Positions 34,417-47,442 of a stretch of DNA of 64,000 nucleotides are shown here, piece after piece. Source of the DNA: Hyaloraphidium curvatum SAG 235-1 (taxonomy: Eukaryota > Fungi > Monoblepharomycota); the NCBI GenBank assembly GCA_025558095.1, contig JAIVFI010000024.1:248001-312000 (forward strand). Direction: 5' to 3'. The position numbers and the translations under genes are program-made. The notes beneath the pieces were generated by a model. It saw only the letters and a program-made list of their open reading frames with translations. It had not been told where the DNA came from and searched no databases. Position 1 is the first letter of the stretch; each line of letters begins with the position of its first letter.

Positions 34417-37400
34417 ATGCGCCGGTCTGACAGCGCAAGAGCCCTGCTAGCGCTTTGCGCGGTGCTCTCTCTTGCCAGCACGGCATCTGGACAGATTTCC
34501 CCAGCGGGCGCCGATCCTGCGTGGGCCGCCGCGCCCCGCGCTTCTACGCCCAAGCTGTGGGCCGCCGCGCCCTTCTGGTGAGTGTTTGCTGTGATGGCGA
34601 TGGCGGAGTCGACTCCTTTGCCTGTCTGTCTGACGACGGGTGCTGACTTCGTCCTGCACCGCCCGCGTCAGCTGCGCCGGCTGCGACCCCGGCGCCGCCG
34701 GCTGCTGCTGCGGCGGTCGCGGCCGCGTCACCCTCACGCTCACGGTCCGCCGCACGCGCACCGTGTCGCGCGTGCGCTCCGTCACGGCCACCAAGCGCAC
34801 CACCGTCGCCACCGTCACGACCACCGCCGCCGTCGAGCAGAATGCGACTTCGCTCCTCAGGAGGAATGTCCACAACGCCGAAGAGTCCTTCGTCGAGATC
34901 GAGAGCGGCTTTTCCGAATCCGAGTCGGTCGACGGCGATCATGTCTCCCCCGACCAAGACCCCACCCTCGGAGGTCTCGAGAAGCGCAACCTCTGCCAGG
35001 CCTGCCCCAGGGGCGTCGCAGTGGCACCTCGGGGCTCCCGTGCGCAGGCCGGTGCCGCCTACTGCTGCCCGGCTCGCCCCACCAAGACCGTCACGGCCCC
35101 AACGCGGACCGTGTTCCGCACACAGACCAGACGCGTCACAACGACCCTTGCGGTGACCGCGACGGCCGTCAGACGCCAGTTCATCCAGACGGTCACCGGC
35201 CGGCTCTTTATCGACGACAATGCCAACGGCCGATTCGACGTCGGCATCGATACACCCATCGCCAATACAGGCATCCTGCTGGTGCAAAACACTTCGACCC
35301 CGCTGCGGCTCATGGAGCGCGGCATGACCACCGTCATGAGCAACAGTACCGACGCCGAAGGATGGTTCCTCTTCCGAGGCCTGTTCCCCGAACACGCCGA
35401 GCTCTCGATCGTCAAGGCTTCCGATCCCTCGGTCGACTTCATGAACATCAAGATCGGCGAAGACGGCCGGCCCGAGCAGACTTCGCTGGCCCTTGCCATC
35501 TCGTCCTTCAACTGCACCGGCGGGCAGGCCCCGGGAATGCGGGCCAAAGAACTGGCAAAGAATCCCGCTTTCGTGTCCAAGATTCGCAGCGCAATCATCG
35601 ACTTGCTGGCGTCGGCGCAGCACGTATGGAAGACGGGCGGCAACGACACGGAGCACGGCAAGCCGGGCAAGCTGCGGCCGTCGTCCGAAATCATGCGAGA
35701 GCTGGGCGTCGGGGCGGATCCGACGGGGCGGTGCCAGTTCAACAATAGTGGCTGGTAGGTTGCAGGCGTCGACTGGGTGCTGGAGCTGTAGGGCTCATAT
35801 CCCTTCTCTGCAGGCTATTTGCGCTCAAGGGCGCCTGCGGGGAGCAAAAGATCGTCGACGGGCTGCAGGCCACGGTCATTCAAATCGAATTGGCAGGCAA
35901 CAAGACACGATGCTTGTTTGACGGCAGCCCGGCTCTGGCCATCGACATCGGCGCCTACTTCCACGTCTTCCGGCCCCAGGTCAAAGTCGACGTGCTGGAG
36001 GAAGGCTCGGCGGCCAACAACTACCACCAGAGCACACGCGACGGCCCCGCGTTTGCGCACAGCGGCACGATCGACTGCTCTGCCCACCCCGGCCACGAGC
36101 GCATGTCGCAAGCCGAGCGCACTTCCCTCACCGATGCCGCCAACACCCTCCTCATCGCCTCGTACCTTCAGCGCGGCCTCAACGTTACCTGCGGCCCGCT
36201 GCTCAAATCAGTCAACGCGACCGTGAAGGTGCTCGACGCATGCGCCAAGTCGGTCACCTCGGGAAGCATCTCCGGCACGGAGCACCTCATGCGGCAGCTC
36301 GTCGCGGTCCCCTGCTCCGTCGGCCCCGCTTCGGAATGGGTCGCGCTTCTGCAGGGCAACGCCACGACCTGGGCCTACTACTACGACATCTACAAGCAGA
36401 GCAAGGTCAACCTCACCGTGCCCATGGCCATGGACCACCTCCACCCGTCTACGCGATCGGCTCCCCCGTTGCGCAGGGGGCTGCACCGCCGCTACGTGGT
36501 CACGAGCGATGCGCCTTCGGGGAACATCGCGTCTCCCCAGGCCTTCTCTTCGGATTCTATGTCCCTCCCCCCCAGCATCCCGAGCAGGCTTCTCCCCCGT
36601 GCCGACAGCAACGCCGCGTGCCTGAACGGCATGTGCGCCTACCTGCTGTCGGACCTCGACGCCGCCGTCTCGCAGTTCCCGATCCTCAACATCAACATCA
36701 AGGGCATCGGCAACCTGCTCGGCTTCTTTTCGCCCAGCAAGTTCCTGGCGGCGACGGCGCGGAGCATCTGCGCTATGGTATGTGGTGTTCCGATGCATAT
36801 TCATCCGCCGTCCTGACCGACCATTGCTTCCCAGACCTTTAAAGGCTCCACCATCGCAGCGGCCGCGTCCGCATCCGGCGCGCTCGCTTGGTTGTCGACA
36901 GTGACCGTACCCGTCATCTCCGATGCCGCCTCGTGGTTCGAGATGTTCCTGGGCCTGCCCGTCGATCCCAACACGTACTATGTTCTTGGCTTCTACACTA
37001 CCCAGGTTCCCGGGGTGGTTTACCCGCCGACCATGCCGAACATTCAGGTCGCGGCGGCCATGAACCCGTGCACCGGCGACTTCCTTTTTAGCTTCGCCGG
37101 CCTCGAGATCGAGATCCCCTGGACTGCGCCGCCTCTGACGCTCGTAGTGTCGCTCGATGCCAGTGAGTTTATCGTGCATCGCAAGCATGCCGCGGATTCC
37201 GCCTGACCGCTCCCGCGACCGCAGTGGGCTTCTCGACCGGTGGCAAGATCTGGGGCTCGGCCCTGGGCATCGTCACGGACTTTTGGAGCCCATCCGGAAT
37301 GCAGTCGGTCGACATCAACGGGCAGACCTACGTCCAAGGCTCCGTCTCGGTCGACCTGGGCGACGTCGAGACCGAGCCCGTCGTCATTTCGCTCACGGCC

Positions 37401-38675
37401 ACCGGCACCGTCCTGATCAACGCCGACCCCGCCAAGAACGGCCTAGCAAAGACCGACGTCTACCTCGCCATCCAGGTCTCGGCGGCCCCGACCCTGATCC
37501 TGCTTAACGGCCAGCTCAACTTCGACCTCAGCGCCATGGCCTCGGGCAACGTCGCCGTGGTGTTCCAGTACCTGGGCCCGACCAACTACCTGCTGGCCCT
37601 GCAGGCCGTCTTCCAGGCCGACCTCGCCGGCGTCTTCAGCGCCCTGCCGCAGGTCGGAGAGGCCATCAGCCACGCGGTCGAGCCCATGTTCGGCGGCTAC
37701 AGGCTGAACGGGCAGTTTGACGTGTGGGTCGCAAACAATCCAACCAGCAAAGAGTGGGGCGTCAGGATATGTGGGTTTCCGCTTGGAGACGCTTCCACAC
37801 GTAACCTGAACTCACGCCCCTTCAGGCATGGGCGGCACCGGAATGCTCGGTGTCCTGGGCGAGATATGGTCGCTCTTGACCATGTTCATCCCCCAGATCC
37901 CGAGCAAGGTCGAATCCTGCTTCTCCATCTCGGGCCCAACGAGCGGCTCTGGCCTGCCCGTCAAGATCTCGCTCAGCGCCCTCGGCAAGACCATGTCGAT
38001 GTACTTCTGCAAGCGCGACAGCCAGTGTCCGGGAGGCTACCAGTGCACCTCGGGCATCTGCGCCACCATCGCCTGCCCCTCTGCGCACCCCAACCAACAG
38101 GGACTCCTATGCTACGATGGGTGTCGTTCAGGTTATTCAAATGTGCTTGGGGTGTGCTGGGAAAACTGCCGGGACGGCTTCGTCGACGCCGGCGCCTCGT
38201 GCGTGCAACGCGCCGGCGCCTGCCCCAGCGGCACCGAGAATCAAGGCGGACTTTGCTATCCAACCTGTCGCGACGGTTATGCGGGCGTTCTTGGGGTCTG
38301 TTGGGAGCGCTGCCCCGACGGGTACACCGACATGGGCGCGACATGCTTCCGCCCCGCCAAGACGAGGGGCAAGGGGTGCTGCTGCCACGCTGAGCTCAAG
38401 TGCCGCAAGTGGAAGTGCTCCTGGAAAAAAGCGTGCTGTGACGAATGTGACGATGGGTGGAGTGACACTGGTAGGCCATTTTGGCGCATCTCGCAACAGG
38501 CGGCGTTGCTCATGGCACCCCTCCGCCCTTGCCAGGCTGCACATGCTTCCGCGGCGCCGACACCATCTTCAAGCGCACCTACACCCGCAACCCCACCACG
38601 GCGCTGTACTTCAAGAACACGTACACCATCCCGGCCTACCCCATGAACGTCAAGATCGCCGGCCTCGTGTGGTAG
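34417..38675 (+). CDS. Large modular secreted Cys-rich protein (Thr-rich stalks, SdrD-B-like domain, C-terminal CYxxCxxGY/CWxxC repeats)
   Basis: Signal peptide MRRSDSARALLALCAVLSLASTASG and Kex2-like LLRR/LEKR sites. VTGRLFIDDNANGRFDVGIDTPIAN..STDAEGWFLF resembles SdrD-B. Two tandem CP..GLLCY..CR.GY..VLGVCWE.C.DG..D.GA.C repeats. About 6 introns. Confidence 0.75.
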
Positions 38676-38951
38676 CGGCGACGGGGACCCGAAAAAGGCG
38701 TATTGCAGGGAGGAGCGGGCTTCTTCTCTCGCTGGACTGTGGCGGAAACATAGAATTGCCCCCGGCACCTCTTTCCCCATCATTCTGGCTCTTCGATTCC
38801 TTCGTCTTCTGCCCGCGATCTCCCTCCACGCATCCGCGACCGGGCTTACCGCCGGCGCCTCCATCGCCCGCGCCGTCGAGCAAACAATCGACAACACCAC
38901 GTCCTTCCTTCCACCTCCCTCCCTCCCTCCCTCCCGCCTCAGTCCGCCGCG

Positions 38952-39357
38952 ATGAAGGTCACCATCGAATTCAGGTACCCATTCCCTTCCCCTCCCTCCC
39001 TCTTGTCCCCCGGACTGACCCTCCGCTCCGCGTGCGGGGCAGCGGCGGCATCGAGCTCCTCTTCCACACCAAACGCCTCACCCCCACCCTCCCCCCCTCG
39101 GTCCGCACCCTCGGCGACCTCCTCCCATGGCTGCGGGACAACGCGCTCCAGGAGCGGGGGGAGCTGTTCATGCAGGGCGACACGGTGTGGGTTCCCCTCC
39201 CTGCCGGGCGCGGGACGCCGGAAAGCTGACGGGGAACAGGCGGCCGGGGATCCTGGTCCTCGTCAACGACGCCGACTGGGAGATCGAGGGGGAGAGGGAG
39301 TGTCCGCTGGGGGAGGGCGACACCGTGGTGTTCATCTCGACCTTGCACGGCGGTTGA
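38952..39357 (+). CDS. URM1: Ubiquitin-related modifier 1
   Basis: [15 protein letters not shown]...[17 protein letters not shown]...FISTLHGG*. Two introns. Confidence 0.95.
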
Positions 39358-39641
39358 CGTGGGCGGTTCGGGGAACGCGCTGGAACCCGCGCAGAGGCGG
39401 ACGTGGAAGGATCGGACGGACGGCACGCGTCGTCTCATCCGGCGTGGCCGGGCTGTCGTCGCCGGGCTGCCGTCGCCGTGCACGCACCGATCCGCCAGGG
39501 CGAGCGTGGCTGTCGATGCCTTGGTGGTCCGTCTGCGCAAAGCGGCACCGCGGCATGTGGCGATTCGGGCCATTGCAGGCGGCAGAAGGCGATACCGACC
39601 GTGTCCCAGCTGTACATATTCATACCCATACCCCATTCCCA

Positions 39642-41279
39642 TCACAAGACCGTCTCGGCCCCCGGGCTCGCCATCCCGGCATCCACCGTCGCCGCCCCCC
39701 TGCCTTTAGGCCCCGCCCACCCCCCCTTTTCCCCCGACGGGGTCGGCGAAGGCGCGGTGCCCAGCCGCGCGCGCGCGACCATCGCCACGGCCTCGAAGGT
39801 CGAGTACAGCGCGGCCTCGAGCGCGCGCAGCTTCTGCTCCGCCAGCCACGGCGCCAGCGCGGCGTCGGAGCCCGGGTGCAGGCTGGCGGCGGTGGGCACG
39901 GATTGGGAGAGGCACTGCAGGTGGAGCGCCTCGCCTTCGCGGCCGGGGCGGTGCAGCAGGCACAGGTAGGCCGTGTGCACGACGACGGAGGAGGAGCGCA
40001 GGGGCGGGGGGAGCTGCGCGAGGAAGGGCTGGATGACGAGGTACAGCGGCGCCGGGGGCTGTTCGGCGTCGGGGGCGGGCGGGGGGGCGTGGGATTGGAT
40101 GGAGCGGGAGAGGTTTTCGAGCGTCGTCTGCAATGGGACGGGGGTGATGAGCCCGTGCACGGCTGCGGGGCGGGGCGACCCACTTCGGCGTTCACGGCCG
40201 CCATCTCCATGCCCTCGGGGATCGCGCTCTCGGCCTGCTGCCCCCAGTCCGTGATGTTCTTGACGACCGGCTCGCCGCCGAGGAACTCGCGCCCCGCGGC
40301 GCCGCCCCGGCCAAAGGTCTCGGTCGAGCAGAAGGTGGCCAGTTCGGGGACGTACTCTGCGATCGCCTGCACGCGACGGGGGGGTGAGCGGGGTCCCGTG
40401 GCGGGAGAGAAGGCAAGTGCGCACCTCGTCGAGGATCACGGGGAAGTAGACGTACATCATGGGGCCGCCGCCGCGGGGCTGCCGGCCGAGGGGCGGCGCG
40501 ATCTGGTCCATGACGTTTCCGACTGGCACCCAAAGGGGGAAAGGTGCGCGAATCGGCGGCGGAGCGACGCGTCGGCGGGGCAGGGAGCGTCAGAGGAAAC
40601 GTCCGGCAAGGGGCAGCGGGGCACACCCACCGGCCTCCCTTATTTTCTCCGGCGCCAGCCCCATCTTCTTCATCTGCTCCACCACGGCCTTTTCCCCCGC
40701 GCCGACGTTCTGCTTGACCTGCTGCGTTGCGGTCTCGAGCAGCTTGGAGCCCGTGGAGAGCAGCGAGCCCCAGGTCCACGAGCTCGCGGGCTTGTCGTCC
40801 GCATTCTCGGGCTCCGGGACGGGCTCCGGTTCGGGGGGCAGGTCGCCCGGGGGCAGCGGCGCGGGCACGAAGCCGCCGGGCGAGAGCGGGCTCTGCAGGG
40901 TCGCGGTGTCCGGCGGCGGGATGTGGCGCGAGCGCGGGGCGTGTGCGGCGGGGGCGCGCTGCGGCGCGACGAAGCCTGCGACGGGCGGCGGGGCGGGTGC
41001 GGAGGCGGGAGACTGGGCGCGGGCGGCCAGCGCGGGCGGCGGCTGCGTGGGCGAGGCCTGCTGCCCCGGCGCCGCGCCCGCGGTGATCTCGTCCAGAAAG
41101 GAGAGCACGTCGGCGGCTGAACTGGGCGGGGCGGCCGCCTGCCCCGCTCCTGCCGCACGGGTGGGCGACGCGGCCTTGCTCGGGCTCGCCGCGCGCCCCG
41201 CCGGCCGCGCCGCCGTCATCTCCTCCAGCGAGTCAAGGAAACTTAAAACATCTTCCGCATCGCCCTTATTTCCGCTCAT
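39642..41279 (-). CDS. MTC1-like (maintenance of telomere capping 1 / DUF5427) protein
   Basis: Repeated DVLSFLD motif, WTWGSLLS and VMDQIAPP. Three introns. Assignment is from recalled motifs only. Confidence 0.6.
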
Positions 41280-41431
41280 CGTGCCGGCGGCGCAAACACG
41301 GAGTCACGGCCGTGCGCCCAACGCGCACCTCATCGATCAACAAGTCGACTCTGCCGTGCCCCGGGAGCCCCTTGCCATCCGCACGGATCCCGCCCTCCGG
41401 CCCCTTATCGCGGTTCTGCGCCCTCCGAACA

Positions 41432-42124
41432 ATGGCCTGCCTGGCCCGTCTGCGGCCCCTCGCCGCGCAGCACGGCCCCTCGCTGCTCCCGCGCCTCGCC
41501 CCGTCCTCCTTCCCCTCGCGCCCCGCCGCCCCGCTGCTCCTCGCCGCGCGCTGGAACCGCAAGAAGGAGGAGAAGAAGCGCGTCGTCGTCAGGAAGAAGC
41601 GGGTGCCGCACATCGACCCCCCGCCGACGCGCGCAGAGACGGACCCCGCCATGCCGCCCCGCGGCCTGATGCTCCCGGACGAGATGCCCTCGACGTGGCT
41701 GCTGAAGCAGCTCACCTTCCGCCACCCGGCGTCGCACTTCCGCCCGCACAAATCCGCATCGGGCGCGTGGCGGCCCCCGAAAATCTCCCTGCGCAACCAG
41801 GCGAGGATCCGCAAGGCGGCGCTGCTGTGCGGGATCGACCCCGTCGCGCAGCTGGGGATGCCGGAGAAGAAGGAAAATTGGGGGCAGAGGATCGTGGTGC
41901 TGCCCGAGGGCAAAGGGGACGTGGAGAGGTACCTGAGGAGGAAGAAGATTTCGGAGGCCATGGCGACCATGGACGAGAGGGTAAAGACGTGGAAGGAGGT
42001 GCGTTGCCCCCGGCGGACCGGGGCGTGCTGGCTCTTCTATCTCTTGCTGACCGCCGTTCGCCCGTGACAGAGAAAGAGGGCGCGGCGCGAGCGCAGGCGG
42101 GCGATTCCACGGGTGCCCTTTTAG
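41432..42124 (+). CDS. Mitochondrial large-subunit ribosomal protein mL59 (MRPL25-like)
   Basis: Arg/Ala-rich presequence; FRPHKSASGAWRPPKISLRNQARIRK; KG..ER..I.EAMATMDERVKTWK; C-terminal PF. One intron at ~41999-42070. Confidence 0.75.
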
Positions 42125-42513
42125 GCCGGCGCCGGCAACACGGTCCCCATACCACCCTTCCCGTGTCAGCCTCCAGCTCCGTGGTCTTCTCGCTTTTTGC
42201 GCCCTCCGTGCCGCGCTTTCCTCTCTCGTCGCCCCGCACTCGACCGATGTACCGATCCGATCGCGGCCGGGGCGGTGTGGCGCCCACGTCCGGATCCGAG
42301 TCCGGCAAGCCGATCGGCGTCCAAGTGCGTCCCACGGGACCTGGATGAGCCTGATGCATCTGTCAGAAAGGCCGATACGCCCCCCTCGGCTCGCGATGGA
42401 TCGTCCAGGTCAGTCATCGCACCAGCCCGTCCCGAGTGGTCTGCTTGAGCCTCATTGCTCACCTCCACCGCGGCGCTCCCTGCTCCCTCCTCGGCCTCGC
42501 GCCGGCCTCCGCC

Positions 42514-43666
42514 ATGGACGTCGTCCTGGACCTCGCCGACACCTACGTCCTGGACGGCCTCTACTCCTCCCTCCCCCCCTTCACCTCCTCCGCGCTCTCT
42601 CCCTACTTTGCCGACCGGGACTCGGTGCCGCGGCAGGCCTTTTCCCTGTGGCTCATCGTGTGGCTCTTTGGCACGGTGCTCTACTTTGGCTTCGCCTCGC
42701 TGAGCTACCGGTTCATGTTCGACAAGGAGCTCATGAAGCACCCGAAGTTCCTCCCGAACCAGGCACGTCGGGAGCGTTCCCCGCCCCGTGTCGCGGGGCC
42801 TGACGCCCGTCCCTCCCCAGGTGTCGATGGAAATCAGCCTGACGGTCCGCACCATGCCCCTCGTCTCGCTCTACACCGTCCCCTGGTTCCTCGGCGAGGT
42901 CCGCGGCCACTCGAAGCTCTACGACCGGGTGGACGACCACCCGTGGGGCTGGGCCTACCTGGCGTTCTCGATGGCGTGGTTCCTCCTGTTCACGGACTGC
43001 CTCATCTACTGGATCCACCGGTTCGAGCACCACCCGAGCGTGTACAACTGGCTGCACAAGCCGCACCACCTCTGGAAGATCTCGACGCCGTACGCGAGCC
43101 ACGCGTTCCACTCGCTGGTGCGTTCCGGCTCCGGTGTGCGGTTGGGGATGGGCTGACGTGCCGGCGGACGGCAGGACGGGTACTTCCAGTCGCTCCCGTA
43201 CCACATCTTCGTGTACCTCTTCCCCTTCCACAAGTACGCCTACCTCGCCTCCTTCGTCTTTGTCAACTTCTGGACCATCAGCATCCACGACCAGTGGGAT
43301 CCGTCGCCCCGCGTGCCGCGCCGGAAGGGCCGCTGACCGGACCCGCCCGCCAGGCTGTACGTGGCCGACGATTCCATCATCAACGGCGCCGCGCACCACA
43401 CCATCCACCACCGCGAGTTCAACTACAACTACGGGCAGTACTTTACCCTGTGGGACCGGATAGGGGGGTCGTACAAGCGGTGCGTTGCCCTCGGTCTTCC
43501 TCCGCGGCGGTTCCGGCTGATCCAGCGCTCCCTTGGCAGTCCCGACGAGTTTTTCGACCAAATGCATTCGCGGCACGTGATGCCCGCGGAAAAGGGCGAG
43601 GCGCCCGCGAACGGGGCGGCCAACGGGGCGGCCAAGGCCGGGCGGAAGGCAAGGAAGGAGCAGTAG
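42514..43666 (+). CDS. ERG3: Sterol C-5 desaturase
   Basis: Motifs [65 protein letters not shown]. Four introns, the first GC-AG (42763-42820). Confidence 0.95.
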
Positions 43667-43966
43667 ACGCAGTAGGCGCCCGGAGCGGCTGCTGCGGGGG
43701 GGGATTGACGTTTTCGTTATAGAGGAGTAATTCTGCGAGGGGAGTTTCGGTGATCGTGGTTGTGTGGGGCCCGACCGTTGATGGTCGCGCGGGTCGCGAC
43801 CACGTCAGCGGACATTACCAACTTACCAACCGCACCCTCCTCCCCGTCCCTGCGCGCGCCTCCGCGGGCCTCTTCCCCGCCCTCCGCGCTCATTTCACAC
43901 TCACTTTCGCGCCCGCGTGCCCCGCGCGTCCGCCCGACGCCCCGCGACGCGCGCGCCGCCGCCAGG

Positions 43967-46900
43967 ATGGCCCCCGCCACGGCGCAGAAGCTCCGCACGA
44001 GCACCGAAACGGAATCCCTCCAGCTCGTCAAATCCTGCACCCGCATATCGATTTCCGTGCTCACGTACCTCCGGTGGGTCCGCGGCGGCCCGCCCGCGCC
44101 GTTTCGCACGCCGACCGTTCCCCGCGCCGTGCAGCGAGATCTTCCCCGAGGACGCTTACGAGGAGCGCAACATGGGCGGCAAGCTCAACGTCAAGGTGCT
44201 CAAGGAAGGCAGGTGCCCCGAGGCGGACCAGCTGGTCGAGATCCTGGAGCGGGGGGTGTTTGACGCGCTCGACAAGAAATACGTGGGTGCCGCGGGCTGA
44301 TCCGCGATTCGGAGGGCTGATCGGCTCCGGGAAGCTGAGGACGCTGGTGCTGGGAGTGTCGCTGAACCGCAAGAACCCGGACAACCTGGTGGAGGCCTAC
44401 GTGGTGAGCCCATTGGCCACAACGGCGCATTTGCTCCATATTGCTGATCTGCACCGCTCCTCCTCCCCTTTCCCTTCCGCATGCTCTAGTTCAGGTTCAG
44501 CTACCCGTCGAGCACTCCGCACCTCAACATCCAGCGCAAGGTCATGGGCAGCGATCAGATCATCGATGCCAAGCTGCAGTTCAAGAGCAAGGTCGGTTGC
44601 GAAGTCGTGCGCAGTCTTGGAACCTTTCTCAACGCATTCCTTCGCAGGACGAGCTCAAGACGGCCACCGCCAACACTCTGCGCAAGATGATCCTGCTCAC
44701 GGTTCGTGCTGCGGGCTCATCGTGTTCCGGTGCCTTTCGGCTGATTCATCTTGTGATCCGGTCCGAACAGCAAAACCTCGATCCCCTTCCCACCGAAGGC
44801 AGCCGCATCCTCTCCTTCAAGATCGACTACTACGACGACATCGTTCCGCCCGACTACGAGCCGCCCATGTTCCGCGCCCCCGAGAACGAGGACGAGGAAC
44901 GGTTCAGCTACGAGGAGGAGCCCACCAGGCTGCGGCTGACCGAGCTCGAGACGGGGCACGTCAACGTCACGAGCAGGCTGCGCATCTCCAAGAATCAGTT
45001 CATGGTGGACGGCGAGCCGCCCGAGGACCGTGGGGCCACCAAAGGGCACCGCGATGCATGGCTTTGCTGACATGCATTTCCGTCTTTTCCTTGTTTCACA
45101 GACATGCTCGTCGACAACCTCGAGACCGATCTCGAGCGGCTGAGCCAGGTCACGGCCGAGACGGAGCGCCCGCCCAAGCCCGCCACTCCCGCCCGCCTTG
45201 CGCTTGCAGGCAACTCGCAGATGGAGATCGAGCGGTCCGGCGGGCCGCTGGTCCGCGCTACCGACGAGATCACCAAGCCGGCCGAGGAGCGCATGAAGGA
45301 TCTGCACCCGGAGCCGTCGCAGCCCGCGGTGCTCGCTGCTGGTGGGTTCCTTCCGAGCTCACTTTTGCACATGCACTCATTCGTGGCTTCCCTCCCCTGT
45401 GTACCCAGCCGGCCGCCAGTCCGCCGCTAGTGACGACACGCAGAGCCTCATCGCGCACCTGGAGGGCAAGAACGCCGCGGCCGACGACATCTACTCATCC
45501 GTCAAAAAGCGGGATCGCCGCTCCAAGAAGGCCGACTCGCAGGCCGCACCTGCCGTCCTAGAGACGCCCACCAAGACCGGTGGCCTCCCGCCGCTGCCGG
45601 AGCAGACGCCCAAGGCGGCCGAGCGCAAGGACAAGTCCAGGTCGGGCAAGAAGCAGGAGGTCAAAGCCGTCGAGGAGACGCTGGCGGGGCTCAACCTCAA
45701 CGGGCAGCCCAAGGCGGCCGACAAGGGGCAGGCGACGGCCGGGTCCAACCACTCGGACGACTCGCTCACGCCGGACCAGATCGATTGCCTCTGCGGCTAT
45801 CCCATGGTGCATTGGGCATGCAGATCGTGGATTTCGGGCTGACGCTTTTTATTCACCTGCAGACCGACGGCTCGCTCATCGAGTGCGATTCCTGCAACAA
45901 GTACAGGTGCGCCGTATCCCAGCTCTTCGTCTCCATCCTCTGACCTGTGTCTGCAGCCACCTCCCTTGTGCCGGATTCCTGAACGAGAACGATCCGCGGG
46001 TGCCGACCAAGTTCAAGTGCTTCGCCTGCCGCAAGGACGAGCCCCTGGACGCCATGGTCATGAAGGACAATGCCCTTATCCGCAGGCACGCTCTGAACCG
46101 CATGCATGTGCAACTATTCTCATTCAGGCTTTGCAGGTCGCTCCATGTCATCAGGACGGAGAACCTTACGGTCCGTGGCTCGCTGATCGTTCTGCCAGAC
46201 TCTGACCCCGTCCCTATCTTCTTCAACAGACCGTCGCGGCCGTGACCAAGAGGATCTGCGTTCGTCGTCACCGAGCCAGCTCCAGGACCTGATTCCTCTG
46301 ACATGCCTTCGCCCGGCAGGGAAAGGATAACCGGGACGTCGGCAGATTCGTCTTTCGCAGGCTTCGCGACGAAGGATTCATGACCGCCTCGTGGACGAAG
46401 AGTACGTCTTGACCTGCACACGACTGGGCTACGACTAAGTGGACTTTCATCAACAGCCGGATCGGTCGCGAGCCACCAGCTGGTGCCCATCGAGCAGACC
46501 AAGGAGCAGTATGAAGCCTACTTCGAGCCCGAGCGCGTCTGGGTCTTCGAGAAGGACTCGATGGTCGGTCGATCGCCCGTACTGGCTTGCCGTCTCTGAC
46601 CCGAACCGGTGCAGGTTCCCAACCCCTCCAGCATCGTGCCCCATCTCACCGAAGGCCCCATCACGGACCGCATCGCAACCTCCGAGGATGAGTCCCAGAC
46701 GCAGCCCCTCCAGCGCGTCTCCGCTGGGACGGCCCCGATCCGCGAGACCCTGCCGCCTTCGGCCGGTCCTTCCAGGAAGCGTGGGCTCGGCGACGTCGAC
46801 GCGGACGGGGACGCCGCCATGGAAGAGGACACCGCCGGGATGCGGGCCGTGCTTGTCGCCAACCTGCTGCGGCCTTCGCAGGACCTGAGCGAGTACTCCC

Positions 46901-46998
46901 AGTTCTACCAGGACGACGGCCCGGCGAGGAAGCGGAGGAAGGTGTCAGTTGCCGTGACCCGCATCCAGGTCGACGCGCCCGAGGTCGAGGACGAGTGA
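43967..46998 (+). CDS. HOP1: Meiotic HORMA-domain protein Hop1 (HORMA + PHD + closure motif)
   Basis: Motifs ESLQLVK..ISISVLTYLREIFPE, LE.GVFDALDKKYLRT, QNLDPLP, YYDDIVPPDYEPPMF, TGH. PHD: IDCLCG..IECDSCNK.SHLPCAGF..KCFAC. C-terminal RRKVSV. More than 10 introns. Confidence 0.9.
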
Positions 46999-47442
46999 AG
47001 TTGGGCGGGACGGCAAGAACGATACTCTGCATATGCGCATGCGACTTATGACTCTGTATGTAGCATCACTTCTGTGTTCACGCACGGGGGACGAATCCGG
47101 CCCCTCCGCCTCGCTGCTCTCCGCTTTTGAGCTCGTGCTTTCTTCCTGAATGCTGGCGAGCGCGTCGTCCTTCGTGCGGAAGACCTTGCCGCCTTCCTGG
47201 GCAGCGTGCTGGCGGGCTTCGTCCACTGGCTCTTCCACCAGCACCTCAAACTCCGAGCTCCCTGTGCCAGTGAGCCCTTTGGGAACAGCGGGAAAGTGCG
47301 GTTCGGGCCCCTTGTCGGGGGATACGGCGCGAGACATCGCTGACGTGGTTTGGGCGAACGCCAATGGGCGTGGCGCGGGGTTTTGTCGGGCTCGCATCAG
47401 TTTAGCCTCATTGCGCCTCACGGCCGCCTCTTCGAAGCCGAC

